Shown here: in pieces, positions 1 through 12,983 of the stretch | Numbering within the stretch: position 1 is the stretch's first letter | Layout of the letters: every line of letters begins with the position of its first letter | From: Centroscyllium fabricii | Taxonomy: Eukaryota | NCBI GenBank assembly: GCA_051313645.2 | Contig: JBNRSN020000007.1 | Span: 3,224,001-3,288,000, forward strand | Direction of reading: 5' to 3' | Length of the DNA stretch: 64,000 nt | The notes under the pieces: model-generated | Seen by the model: only the letters and a program-made list of their open reading frames with translations | What the model was told of the DNA's origin: nothing | The model's database searches: none | Translations under genes and position numbers: made by a program

Positions 1-420
1 GGTGATGGTCGAAGGTTGTTTTTGTGACTGGAAGCCTGTGTCCAGGGGTGTACCACAGGGATTGGTGTTGGGTCCTTTGCTGTTTGTAGTGTTCATTAAT
101 GATTTAGATATGAATGTAAAAGGTATGATCAGTAAGTTTGCAGATGACACAAAAATTGGTGGGGTGGTAAATAGCGAGGAGGAAAGCCTGAGGCTACAGG
201 ACGATATAGATGGGTTGGTCAGATGGGCAGAACAGTGACAAATGGAATTTAACCCTGAAAAGTGTGAGGTGATGCATTTTGGGAGGACTAACAAGGCAAG
301 GGAATACACAATGAATGGTAAGACTCTAGGAAAGACAGACGATCAGAAGGACCTTGGTGTGCATGTACATAGATCCCTGAAGGCAGCAGGACAGGTAGAT
401 AAGGTGGTTAAAAAGGCATA
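1..420 (+). mobile_element. CR1-clade LINE ORF2 (RT) fragment
   Basis: GVPQGLVLGPLLF...ISKFADDTK...FNPEKCEVMHFG; in-frame stop at 236-238. Confidence 0.9.
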
Positions 421-821
421 TAGAAACATAGAAAACATAGAAGATAGGAGCAGGAGTAGGCCATTCGGCCCTTCGAGCCTGCTCCGCCATTCAATGAGAT
501 CATGGCTGATCATCCAAACCCAGCACCCTGTCCCTGCCTTGTCCCCATATCCCTATCGAGCCTGCACCGACACATATCCCACCCTATCCCTGTAACCCCA
601 CATATTCAATCACCCTAACACTAAGGGTCAATTTATCCTGGCCAATCAACCTAACCTGCACATCTTTGGACTGTGGGAGGAAACCGGAGCACCCGGAGGA
701 AACCCACGCAGACACGGGGAGAATGTGCAAACTCCACAGATAGTCACCCGAGGCTGGATTTGAACCCGGGTCTCCAGTGCTGTGAGGCAACAGTGCTAAC
801 CACTACGCCACCGTGCCGCCC
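421..821 (-). mobile_element. HE1-like V-SINE with CR1-derived tail
   Basis: tRNA-like head (GGTGGCGTAGTGG...GGTTCAAATCC), V-domain GTTTGCACATTCTCCCCGTGTCTGCGTGGGTTTCCTCCGGG, 3' tail shared with local CR1 copies. Confidence 0.88.
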
Positions 822-951
822 TCAGATGTAACAGATGTTAAGCAGGTGCAGAGACCTGGGGCGGGGCGAGGAATTGAAAGAACAATCTGTGCTTTTGTAA
901 GAGGCAGGAAAGATCAAATGTTGCAAATGGGAATGGTAAAAATCACACAGC

Positions 952-1258
952 CCAACCAGTCCCCATCCACCACCACCCTCCGCCTGGCTGAACTTGTTCT
1001 CACATTGAACAACTTCTCCTTTGACTCCACTCACTTCCTCCAAGTCAAAGGTGTTGCTATGGGAACCCATATGGGTCCTAGCTATGCCTGCCTGTTCATG
1101 GGACATGTGGAACACTCTTTGTTCCAGTCCTACTCGGGTCCCCTCCCTCTCCTCTTTTTCCGGTACATTGATGACTGTATCGGTGCCGTTTCCTGCTCTC
1201 ACCCTGAACTAGATAAGTTCATTCACTTTGCTTCCAATTTCCACCCTTCCCTCACCAA
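952..1258 (+). mobile_element. Penelope-like element RT fragment
   Basis: LAELVLTLNNFSF...QVKGVAMGTHMGPSYACLFM...FFRYIDD: Penelope-type RT motifs. Confidence 0.8.
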
Positions 1259-1317
1259 TAGTGGATGCATTACTGATCATCTTTCAACATTCGCTGGAAT
1301 CTCGAACAGTACCCATG

Positions 1318-1720
1318 GATTAAGAAGGCCCAACAGTGCCTGTATTTCCTAAGGAAGCTAAAAAAAGCCAGGCTGTCATCCGGCATCCTCTCCAACTTCT
1401 ACCACTGCACAATCGAAAGCATACTGACAAGCTGCATCACAGTCTGGTATGGAAACTGCACCATCTCGGACCGGAAGGCCCTGCAGTGGGTAGTCAAAAC
1501 TGTCCAACGAATCACCGGCACCCAGCTACCGTCAATTGAATGCACCTACCTCAAACGCTGCCTACGGAGGTCTCTGAACATTATTAAAGACCCCACACAC
1601 CCCAGCCACAGTCTGTTCACCCCCCTGTCCTCCGGGAGACGCTACAGATCAATTGGCACCCGCACGACCAGATTCAAGAACAGCTTCTTCCCCAGGGCGG
1701 TCAGCCTCCTGAACTCTAAC
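1318..1720 (+). mobile_element. Rex1/Babar LINE 3' ORF fragment
   Basis: Translates AQQCLYFLRKLKK...FYHCTIESILTSCITVWYGNC...IIKDPTHPSHSLF..LSSGRRYRSI.TRTTRFKNSFFPRAVSLLN. Confidence 0.8.
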
Positions 1721-1938
1721 AAAAAACTCCAGTATCTGCACACCTGAAATATACTTTACTGTATGCAATTGTATGTAACTTATTTGCACTACTCTCGGGA
1801 GCGGCGCGTCTTCGTTTCAACGTTCAAGAAGCATTTGGATGGCGGAGCAGGCTCGAAGGGCCAAATGGCCTACTCCTGCTCCTATCTTCTATGTTTCTAT
1901 GAGCACTTGAAATGCCACAGCATACAAGGCTACGGACC

Positions 1939-2800
1939 TTTGGACAGATTGGGGGAGTGGGCAGATACATGGCAAATGCACTATAATGTGGATAAATGTG
2001 AGGTTATCCACTTTGGTGGCAAAAACAGGAGGGCAGATTATTATTTGAATGGCAATAGATTGGGAGATGGGGGAATGCAAAGAGACCTGGGTGTTCTTGT
2101 GCACCAGTCACTGAAGGTAAGCATGCAGGTGCAACAGGCGGTTAAGAAGGCAAGTGGTATGTTGGCCTTCGTAGTAAGAGGGTTCGAACAAGGATGTCTT
2201 GCTGCAGCTCTACAGGACCTTGGTGAGACCACACCTCGAGTATTGTGTGCAGTTTTGGTCGCCTCATCTGAGGAAGGACACTCTTGCCATTGAAAGAGTG
2301 CAGCGAAGATTCACCGGGCTGATTACTGGGACGACAGGAATGACGTATGGTGAGAGATTGAGTCGATAGGGCTTATACTCACTGGAGTTCAGGCGATTGA
2401 GAGGGGATCTCATCGAAACCTATAAAATTCTGTCAGGCCTGGACAGACTGGATGCAGGAAGGATGTTTCCGATGAAAGGGGAGTCCAGAACCAGGGGCCA
2501 TAGTCTAAGGATAAAGGGTAAGCCATTTAGGACTGAGATGAGGGGGAATTTCTTCAACCAGAGAGTGGTGAACCTGTGGAATTCTCTGCCACAGAGGGCG
2601 GTGGAGGCCGGTTCATTAAATATATTCAAGAAGGAGTTGGATATATTTCTTAAGGCTGAAGGGATCAAGGGATATGGGGAGAAGGCAGCGACAGGGTACT
2701 GAATCTGAAAGATCAGTCATCATCTCATAGAATGGCGCAGCAGGCTTGAGGGGCCGAATGGCCGACTCCTGCTCCTATCTTCTCTGTTCTCTATGTTTCT
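1939..2800 (+). mobile_element. 5'-truncated CR1 LINE with 3' UTR
   Basis: WADTWQMHYNVDKCEVIHFG...RGDLIETYKIL...FFNQRVVNLWNSLP; ends in CTATGTTT-type repeats. Confidence 0.9.
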
Positions 2801-3605
2801 ATGTCTATCAGTTTGCAGTTCTCTGTATTAAATTTCAGCTGCCACGTGTCCGCCCATTCCAGCAGCCTCCATCTATCCACCTTGGTTCCGTAACCCTTAA
2901 TAACCCTTACCCAACAAACATCTCTCTATCTCAGTTTGGAAATGTTCAATTGACCGCCAGCCTCAGCAGCTTTTTGGGGGAGAGAGTTCCAGAGTTCCAC
3001 TGGGAAAGAATCTGCAAAAACGTGTTACAATCAAAAACCCAACAGATTCATCTGGTGTCTCCCTGTATGGACGTTCGGTGAAGTACATTTCACACACTGG
3101 TAGAATTCAAGCCCTGGGCTTCCCATCGACAACTACACAGGGTTACAAACCAGAATGGCATTCACTGGGATATATTGTAGCTACGAGGGCAATTTTCTAA
3201 TCTTTCAATTCTATCACAACTTTCAGAACCCCAATCAGAATGTGAAATTCTGTCTCACTTGTGTGTTTCTTCATTCACACTTCTGACCAGTGACCACTTC
3301 CGGTGGTTACAGGTCTGTCACGGTCACCTGTTTAGTTTGAGAGCGCTTCAGTTGTAACACAGCACGGAGTTCCTGGTGCAGGTACTACAATATATTGGCC
3401 AAGCCCACTGAAAAATGCATGGCTTGAGGCACACAGCAGCAGGGCAGAGACACCCAATGACAAACTAAACCGCACACAAGCTGGGCACGCCTCTTCAAGT
3501 CGGGACCGCTGTTTGAGGGACACCAATTAGAATTTAAAAATAATTAAATAATTAAAGATTGTGCGAATGGAAACTAGAAACACAAACCAGCTCCAAGTCC
3601 ATTAC

Positions 3606-3659
3606 CTTCGATTCACCTTGGTGATCCTTTCTCGTTCTCTTCATAATCTCGTCAATTCT
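3606..3659 (-). CDS. MAP7D3: Coding exon: RIDEIMKRTRKDHQGESK, end of the MAP7 domain
   Basis: Acceptor taacag, donor AAG|gtaatg; 54 nt; EIMKRTR motif. Confidence 0.93.
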
Positions 3660-3997
3660 CTGTTAATTACAGGAAAGCATTTACTTGTGTGGGACCTCAG
3701 GAATTTGTATAAAACATTCAAACCCATTTGTCCAAAGGAAATAAATGTTACACGCGTGGAAGAATGCAAAAGCTCACAGCCAGTAATATTAATGTCCCAG
3801 CTGGACTGGTTCCAGTTGACTGAGACTAAACTATTTCCTTCTCATACTTACAAAGCTGTGATTCCACAGAGCCACATTGCATTAGACACATGGACAGGGC
3901 AGTTTAGCAGCAAGCAAGTTAAAGAAAGTTCTTTAATCATTTGTGTAGAAACCCATCACTATATTTAAGCATCTTTAAACCAACTAGCAAGGATTCA

Positions 3998-4345
3998 TCA
4001 TAGAATCCTACAGCACAGGAGGAGGCCATTCAGCCCATTGAGCCTGTGCTTTGAAAGAGCTCTCCGATTAGTCCCACAGGAGGAGGCCATTCGGCCCATC
4101 GAGCCTGTGCTTTGAAAGAGCTCTCCCATTAGTCCCACTCTTTCCCCAGAGCTCTGCAAAGTTTTTAATTTTCCAGTATTTCTCCGATTTCCTTCTGAGA
4201 GTTACTATTGAATCTGCTTCCATCGCCCTTTCAGGCAGCGCGTTCCAAAAATCTCTCATCTCCCCTCTGGTTCTTTTGCCAATCACCTTAAATCTGTCCC
4301 CTCTGGTTACTGACCCTCCCGCCAGTGGAAACAGTTTCTCCTGAT
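3998..4345 (-). mobile_element. Older CR1-type 3' tail with an internal duplication of about 65 bp
   Basis: Reverse strand reads WNALPERAMEADSI; acaggaggaggccattc occurs twice. Confidence 0.65.
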
Positions 4346-5587
4346 TTACTGGTAGAAAGAGTTGCTATTTGCCTGCTGTGGAATGCACAGTCCCTGCAGA
4401 GCCACTCTCCACTTACCTAACCCCAGAGGATTTAGGTACAAGCTGCCAAGAGTCGAGGCATAGGCACCGCAAGCGACTTCAAAAATGCAGTTGGAGTTAA
4501 GCAGTTTAAAACCAAGCAACTGATTAACTCCGAGCATTGTTCAGTTCAGACCACCCTAACCGGTTAATCCTGGCAGACAGCGCACTGTCTGAAGCCAAGT
4601 GGGAGCAATCCTTGCTTTCACTCGCAGGCCCTTTATGAGTGTGCCAGGCTGGTCTGGATTACGGTAGGCTGCCTGGCTCAGGCACCAGAGGGTTAGCTCG
4701 ATTGCAATCCCTCATTGCCACGTCACCTCGGAACCAATTCCACCCTAGAGACCTCCCTTAAATTAAGGCAGCAATAGACTTGTTCATAAATGTTAACATG
4801 CGTTAATCATAAGAAAATAGATGCATATTCTCCTCTCTACATCCAATCGTATCTGCTGCTTGGCTGATTCCACTCCAGCTCTGCACTTCCTTCCGATTGG
4901 CTGCCCTCAGTGTGTACAGTGCAAGGACTGAATCACTACATCTTTAGCCTCTTCAATTCAACAGTGACAATCTTATTTCAATTCTCTAGCTTCTTCTCAC
5001 AAGTCCAACTAATACCTGCCACTTTTTATTTTTGAAGGTTCCACCCTGGGTCCTTCTTCACTCATTGACATCGTTGGCCTCACCATCACTTCTCCAATTT
5101 TGCTGGCCCACCTGGGCAAGGGCCCCCTCAACAACTGCACAAAGCCCAAGCTGGAACACTGTCCCTATACCTGGTTAGGACAGTTCCCCACCTCCCGGAA
5201 AGGACACGTTGACTTTTCATTTGTCAGATAGACAATCCTGCGCAAATGTTTCTTGTCTCTGCTTTATTGACACCACTATGGCTGCACTTGCCATGTGGTC
5301 CTCCTGCTTCAAGCACACGGACTTGGACATTCTTCCACAATGAGCCTTGGGCTCCGTGGTAGCATTCCCACCTCGGAGTCAGAGAGCGATTGGTTCAAGA
5401 CCTACTGCTTTACAATTATCCGCCCTTCATTCCCCATTCCTCCGACAAGCTACAGGCTCTCTCAACCCATGCTGGGGGTTACCCAATCAATAGTACTTGC
5501 ACCATATCCCTCTTGCTCTTCAGTATTGACGATTGCTTGTGCAATGTGGCTTGGCCCTTCAATTATCAGCGCGTGTTAAGATCACAC

Positions 5588-5692
5588 CTTCTTCCTCTCG
5601 AGACGCTCCTGCTGATTTTGCTGCATTATTCGCTCTCGTTCCAGTCTCTGCCGCTCAGCTTCTTCCAAAGCTTTTGCCTCCGTCTCTTCTCT
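5588..5692 (-). CDS. MAP7D3: Coding exon: REETEAKALEEAERQRLERERIMQQNQQERLERKK
   Basis: Acceptor gtttcag, donor AAG|gtgtga; 105 nt; RIMQQNQQERLERKK resembles MAP7D3 (RIMLQNLQERLERKK) more than MAP7/D1 (HFQ.EEQERLERKK). Confidence 0.93.
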
Positions 5693-5753
5693 CTGAAACA
5701 CAGATTCAGCATTCACCTTTCAGCAGAATCTCACAGCCAATACCTCACATAAG

Positions 5754-7946
5754 AGTGCAGCCTCCGGTCTACACGTCACTCCGGGATCAGTGCAGCCTCC
5801 GGTCTACACGTCTCTCCGGGATCAGTGCAGCCTCCGGTCTACACGTCACTCCGGGATCAGTGCAGCCTCCGGTCTACACGTCACTCCGGGATCAGTGCAG
5901 CCTTCGGTCCACACGTCACTCCGGGATCAGTGCAGCCTCCGGTCTACACGTCACTCCGGGATCAGTGCAGCCTCCGGTCCACACGTCACTCCGGGATCAG
6001 TGCAGCCTCCAGTCAACACGTCACTCTGGGATCAGTGCAGCCTCCGGTCTACACGTCACTCCGGGATTAGTGCAGCCTCCAGTCTACACGTCACTCCGGG
6101 ATCAGTGCAGCCTCCGGTCTACACGTCACTCTGGGATCAGTGCAGCCTCCGGTCTACACGTCACTCTGGGATCAGTGCAGCCTCCAGTCAACACGTCACT
6201 CTGGGATCAGTGCAGCCTCCGGTCCACACGTCACTCCGGGATCAGTGCAGCCTCCAGTCTACACGTCACTCCGGGATCAGTGCAGCCTCCGGTCTACACG
6301 TCACTCTGGGATCAGTGCAGCCTCCGGTCTACACGTCACTCTGGGATCAGTGCAGCCTCCGGTCTACACGTCACTCTGGGATCAGTGCAGCCTCCGGACT
6401 ACACGTCACTCTGGGATCAGTGCAGCCTCCAGTCAACACGTCACTCTGGGATCAGTGCAGCCTCCAGTCTACACGTCACTCTGGGATCAGTGCAGCCTCC
6501 GGTCCACACGTCACTCTGGGATCAGTGCAGCCTCCGGTCCACACGTCACTCCGGGATCAGTGCAGCCTCCGGTCCACACGTCACTCCGGGATCAGTGCAG
6601 CCTCCGGTCCACACGTCACTCCGGGATCAGTGCAGCCTCCGGTCTACACATCACTCCGGGATCAGTGCAGCCTCCGGTCAACACGTCACTCTGGGATCAG
6701 TGCAGCCTCCGGTCTACACGTCACTCCGGGATCAGTGCAGCCTCCAGTCAACACGTCACTCTGGGATCAGTGCAGCCTCCAGTCTACACGTCACTCCGGG
6801 ATCAGTGCAGCCTCCGGTCTACACGTCACTCTGGGATCAGTGCAGCCTCCGGTCTACACGTCACTCTGGGATCAGTGCAGCCTCCGGTCTACACGTCACT
6901 CTGGGATCAGTGCAGCCTCTGGTCTACACGTCACTCTGGGATCAGTGCAGCCTCCAGTCAACACGTCACTCTGGGATCAGTGCAGCCTCCAGTCTACACG
7001 TCACTCTGGGATCAGTGCAGCCTCCAGTCAACACGTCACTCTGGGATCAGTGCAGCCTCCGGTCTACACATCACTCCGGGATCAGTGCAGCCTCCGGTCT
7101 ACACATCACTCTGGGATCAGTGCAGCCTCCGGTCTACACATCACTCCGGGATCAGTGCAGCCTCCAGTCAACACGTCACTCTGGGATCAGTGCAGCCTCC
7201 AGTCTACACGTCACTCTGGGATCAGTGCAGCCTCCGGTCTACACGTCACTCTGGGATCAGTGCAGCCTCCGGTCTACACGTCACTCTGGGATCAGTGCAG
7301 CCTCCGGTCTACACGTCACTCTGGGATCAGTGCAGCCTCCGGTCTACACGTGACTCCGGGATCAGTGCAGCCTCCGGTCTACACGTCACTCCGGGATCAG
7401 TGCAGCCTCCAGTCTACACGTCACTCTGGGATCAGTGCAGCCTCCGGTCTACACGTCACTCTGGGATCAGTGCAGCCTCCGGTCTACACATCACTCCGGG
7501 ATCAGTGCAGCCTCCAGTCAACACATCACTCTGGGATCAGTGCAGCTTCCAGTCAACACGTCACACTGGGATCAGTGCAGCCTCCAGTCCACACGTCACT
7601 CTGGGATCAGTGCAGCCTCCGGTCTACACATCACTCCGGGATCAGTGCAGCCTCCAGTCAACACGTGACTCCGGGATCAGTGCAGCCTCCAGTCTACACG
7701 TCACTCTGGGATCAGTGCAGCCTCCAGTCTACACATCACTCCGGGATCAGTGCAGCCTCCAGTCAACACGTCACTCTGGGATCAGTGCAGCCTCCAGTCT
7801 ACACGTCACTCTGGGATCAGTGCAGCCTCCAGTCAACACATCACTCCGGGATCAGTGCAGCCTCCAGTCAACACGTGACTCCGGGATCAGTGCAGCCTCC
7901 AGTCTACACGTTACTCTGGGATCAGTGCAGCCTCCGGTCCACACGT
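5754..7946. repeat. 35-bp minisatellite, about 62 copies
   Basis: Unit GGATCAGTGCAGCCTCCGGTCTACACGTCACTCCG with a few recurrent variants. Confidence 0.97.
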
Positions 7947-8831
7947 CATCAGAATGCTGCAATGTATAAATGGTCTTTCCAACACAACACATTTCAGTGG
8001 TGATTAAATTTACATTTTATAATCAAATGATTAAAAAAGTGATCATTTACAAAAAGGGTAAAGCACACCATTAAACCAAACATTTGATAGGACTGAATAC
8101 CACACTCACTAATATACACCCCCGCGGAAAGCTGAAATCCCCCAGAGTATATAGATGCTTTATGGGCACACAATTTACAATATTCTACAAATCTTGGGTA
8201 AGCTATTCCATAGCAGTTACTCCAGACAGGACCCATTCGACAGGCAGCGAATGCAGTTGATCAAACTACTTACTATTTAGCAGATAGGTTACAACAGCAA
8301 CCAAGAGCTGCTCAGTGCATGTTTTTTTACATCGCACAGAATTAGCCTATGAAGTGCGGATTGCCCTAACTGTAGCCCTTTAATCCAGGACTCGCTCCCA
8401 TCCAGACAACACCAGAGGACAATATCCTTCGTGCAGCTCCCGTGCCAGCTGGTATTGGAGATTCATCACCATCTCTTCGCTACAGGAAACAGCCGAGAGA
8501 GTTTCCTGAAATACTATGATCTCTTCATTCAGAACAGTGTCTCACTTGGAGAGGGGAACGATGGCTGTGTGAAATTCTGTCTTAATCTTGGGTTGTAGAC
8601 AGACGACTATTCTATTTTCAACCCAGCTGCGGTAAGGACTGTCATTCGGGTATTGCGGCACACGTGACACACGAGTGCAGCGCGCACACGGACAAAGATA
8701 CTGGACTCGTGCAGTGCTGCATTCCCAAGTGAGAAACCAGGTTGTGCCAGTTTGCTCATATACCAACTGGGCAGGTTTTAGAGTACTTGCCACAGAAAAC
8801 CACACCCATATCCTACATATATGTACATATA

Positions 8832-9308
8832 GGGGGAGGCGGTGGCGTAGTGGTTATGTCACTAGACTAGTAAGCCAGAGGCTCAGACAAATGCTCTGAG
8901 GATATGGGTTCAAATCCCACCACGGCAGCTGGTGGAATTTAAATTAAATTCAAATTAATTCTGGAATTAAATATTAATCTTAGTAATGGCGACCATGATA
9001 CCACTGTCGATTGTTGCAAAAACCCATCTGGTTCACCAATGTCCTTTAGGGAAGGAAATCTGCTGTCCTTACCTGGTCTGGCCTACATGTGACTCCAGAC
9101 CCACAGCAATGTGGTTGACTCTGAATGCCCTCTGAAATGGCCCAGCAAGCCACTCAGTTGTAAACAACCGCTACAAAAAACAATAAGACTGCAATGGTTC
9201 AAGAAGGCAGCTCACTAACATCTTCTCAAGGGCAATTAGGGATGGGCACTAAATGCAGGCCTAGCCAGCCAGCGACGCCCACATTCCAAAAATGAATTAA
9301 AAAAAAAT
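8832..9308 (+). mobile_element. tRNA-derived SINE (MER131/Meta-domain-like body) with LINE-type tail
   Basis: A box GGTGGCGTAGTGG, B box GGTTCAAATCC, body GGTTCACCAATGTCCTTTAGGGAAGGAAATCTG, A-rich end; family assignment from memory. Confidence 0.7.
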
Positions 9309-9907
9309 GTCCATGAGTATGTAGGCAATGCCTCTGACCCTCCTCAGATGTTTAAACTGGAATTCAATCCCTTGCTTTCAGACAAGAATGCTGATCCAAG
9401 AATGGACGATAACTATTGGCAGATTAAGTTGAACTAACAAGAGCACATCTGGTAACAGACTGCAGCCATGTAATACTCTTTAGTGAAAGATGGACCAGAC
9501 ATTGCTCTGCTCAAAAGCCCACAGGCAATCGCCAGGTTCCCAGTCGAGCTCAGCAGAGTACGTGCAAATATCTCCCCACAACTGCTGTGTGGAAAAAGTT
9601 CTTTCAAATGCAAAAGATTACATCGATAAGAACAAGTATATTTTTAGTGCATTAAATGCACTATTTCAGGACCCGCACTTTTTAAAAAGTGAAATGGTTT
9701 GCTGTGATACATATTCAGGCTCTCCTTTAAAAAAAAGTTGACCTCACCATCTACTGCGAGGGAATCACTGGTGAGTTTTCATTTATAATCCATCTCAGCC
9801 CCACACGGTCACACTGATAGATCTCCAGCTCAAGTAATAGCAACAAGAATCCCTCTCGCTGACTCTTCCAGAGTCCACAGCAATCAAAATATTTCACTTG
9901 TTTTAAA

Positions 9908-10727
9908 GGGGCGCAGGCAGAAAGGTGGTTGGCTCGAAGAAGGGGCACGGGCAGGAGGGTGGCTGCCCCTGAGAAGGGGCGCGGGCAGGAGGGTAGTTGG
10001 CTCGAGGAAGGGGCGTGGGCAGGAGGGTGGCTGTCCCTGAGAAGGGGCGCGGGCAGGAGTGTGGTTGGCTCGAGGAAGGGGCGCGGGCAGGAGGGTGGCT
10101 GTCCCTGAAAAGGGGCGCGGGCAGGAGGGTGGTTGTCCCTGAAAGGGGGCGCGGGCAGGAGGGTGGTTGTCCCTGAAAGGGGGCATGGGCAGGAGGGTGG
10201 TTGTCCCCAGAGAGGGGGTGTGGGCAGGAGGGTGGTTGTCCCCAGAGAGGGGGCGTGGGCAGGAGGGTGGTTGTTCCCAGAGAGGGGGCGTGGGCAGGAG
10301 GGTGGCTGGCCCTGAGAGGGGGCGCGGGCAGGAGGGTGGTTGTCCCTGAAAGGGGGCGTGGGCAGGAGGGTGGTTGTCCCCAGAGAGGGGGTGTGGGCAG
10401 GAGGGTGGTTGTCCCCAGAGAGGGGGCGTGGGCAGGAGGGTGGTTGTTCCCAGAGAGGGGGCGTGGGCAGGAGGGTGGCTGGCCCTGAGAGGGGGCGCGG
10501 GCAGGAGGGTGGCTGTCCCTGAGAGGGGGCGCGGGCAGCTGTCCCTGAGAGGGGGCGCGGGCAGGAGGGTGGCTGTCCCGGAGAGGGGGCGCGGGCAGGA
10601 AGGTGGCTGTCCCTGAGAGGGGGCACGGGCAGGAGGATGGGTGTCCCCGAGAGGTGGGCGCAGGCAGGAGGGTGGCTGTCCCTGAGAGGGGGCACGGGCA
10701 GGAGGGTGGCTGTCCCTGAGAGGGGGC
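9908..10727. repeat. G-rich minisatellite of about 34 bp, about 24 copies
   Basis: Unit GGGCAGGAGGGTGGCTGTCCCTGAGAGGGGGCGC; runs into an old CR1 tail at about 10720. Confidence 0.95.
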
Positions 10728-10916
10728 AGTGAAGCCGATTCAATGGGAACTTTCAAAAAGGAATTGGATAAATACTTGATGGGGAAAATAATACAGGGCT
10801 GTGGGGAAAGAGCAAGTGGGAGGGGATGAAAGAGTGGGGCTAATTGGAGAGCTCTTTTGAAAGAAACAGTGCATTTATTGCACTAAAAATGTACTTGTTC
10901 TTATAGATGTAATCGC

Positions 10917-12983
10917 ATGGATTTGTTCATCCCAGTTTGGCATAAAAATAAAACAAAAAAGTTGACTCAACCGTGGCTAACAAGGGAAATTAGGGATAGC
11001 ATAAGATCCCAGGACATATAAATTGGCCATAAAAAGCAGTAAACCTGAGAATTGGGAGCAGTTTAAGATTCAACAAAGGAGGACAAAAGGATTAATTAAG
11101 GAGGGAAATAGAGTATGAGAGTAAGCTTGCAGGGAGCATAAAAACTGACTAAAAGCTTTTATAGATACATGAAGAGAAAAAGATTGGTGAAGTCAAGCAT
11201 TGGTCCCTTGCAGACAGAATCAGGGGAATTTATAATGGGGAACAAAGAAATGGCAGACCAATTAAATACATATTTTGGTTCTGTCTTCAAAAAGGAGGAC
11301 ACAAGTAACCTCCCAGAGATGTCGGGGAACATAGGGTCTAATGAGAGGGAGGAACTGATAGAAGTCAGTATTTGTAGGGAAATGGTGTTGGGAAAATTGA
11401 TGGGATTGAAGGCCGAAAAATCCCCAGGGCCTGAAAATCTACACCCTAGGGTACTTAAGGAAGTGGCCCTAGAAATAGTAGATGCATTGCTGGTCATCTT
11501 CCAAAATGCAATAGACTCTGGAACAGTTCCCATGGATTGGAGGGTTGCTAATGTTACCCCACTGTTCAAAAAAGGTGGTAGAGAGAAAACAGGCAATTAG
11601 AGACCGGTAAGCCTGACATCGGCAGTGGGGAAAATGCTAGAGTCCATTATAAAAGATGTAATAGCAGAGTACTTGGAAAACAGTGATCAGATTGGACAAA
11701 GTCAACATGAATTTACAAAGGGTAAATCGTGCTTGACTAATCTATTGGAATTTTTTGAGGATGTAACTGGTAAAATAGATAAGGGGAGATCCAGTGGATG
11801 TGGTGTATTTGGACTTTCAAAAGGCGTTCTATAAGGTCCTGCATAAGAGATTAGCATGTAAAGTTAAGGCACATGGGATTGGGGGCAAGGTACTGACTTG
11901 GATAGAGAACTGGTTGGCGGACAAAAAGCAAAAAGTTGGAATAAACGGGTCTTTTTCCACTTGGCAGGCAGTGACTAGTGGGGTACCACAGGAATCAGTC
12001 TTTGGACCCCAGCTATTCATATATATTAATGATCTAGACGCGGGAACTAGATGTAATATCTCCAAGTTTGCAGACGACACAAAGCTGGATGGGCGTGTGT
12101 GCTGTGAGGACGATGCCGAGAAACTCCAGTATGATTTGGACAGGTTGGGTGATTGGGTAGAAGCATGGCAGATGCAATATAACGTGGATAAATGCGAGAT
12201 TATCCACTTTGGTGGCAAAAACAGGAAGGCAAATTATTATCTGCATGGCAACAGATTGGGAGAAGGGGAAGTGCAACGAGACCTGGGTGTCCTTGTGCAC
12301 CAGATGCTGAAGGTAAGCATGCAAGTGCAGCAGGTGGTTAAGACGGCAAATGGTATGTTGGCCTTCGTAGCGAGAGGGTTTGAGTACAAGAACAAGGATG
12401 TTTGCTGCAATTGTACAGGACCTTGGTCAGACCACATCTTGAGTATTGTGTGCAGTTTTGGTCACCTTATCTGAGGAAGGATGTTCTTGCCATGGAAGGA
12501 GTACAGCGAAGATTCACCAGGCTGATACCTGGGATGGCAGGAATGACGTATGAGGAGAGATTGGGTCGATTGGGCTTATACTCGCTGGAGTTTAGAAGAA
12601 TGAGAGGGGATCTCATTGAAACTTATAAAATTCTAACAGGACTAGACAGACTAGATGCAGGAAGGATGTTCCTGATGGTCGGGGAGTCCAGAACCAGGGA
12701 TCACAGTCTAAGGATAAGGGGTAAGCCATTTAGGACAGAGATGAGGAGGATCCTCTTCACCCAGAGAGTGGTGAACATGTGGAATTCTCTACCACAGAAG
12801 GCAGTCGAGGCCAATTCATTAAATATATTCAAGAAGGAGTTGGATATATTTCTTATGGCTAAAGGGATTAAGGGATATGGGGAGAAGGCTGGGACAGGGT
12901 ACGGAGTTTTGATGATCAGTCATGATCGCAGGCTCGAGGGGCTGAATCGTCTACTCCTGCTCCTATCTTCTATGTTTTTATGA
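10917..12983 (+). mobile_element. 5'-truncated CR1 LINE (RT plus 3' UTR), frameshifted, nested in an older CR1 tail
   Basis: ORF pieces KSPGPENLHPRVLKE, YLDFQKAF, FADDTK; the older tail at 10720-10862 resumes at about 12983. Confidence 0.93.

Noticed and set aside
5533-8003. ORFs of 606-737 aa as protein-coding genes
   Set aside because: They arise from a stop-free 35-bp unit read in rotating frames, antisense to the host gene, with no domain.
9751-10756. Proline-rich ORFs of 290-330 aa on the minus strand as exons
   Set aside because: They are translations of the G-rich minisatellite; the flanking exons (13740 and 5692) already join in frame.
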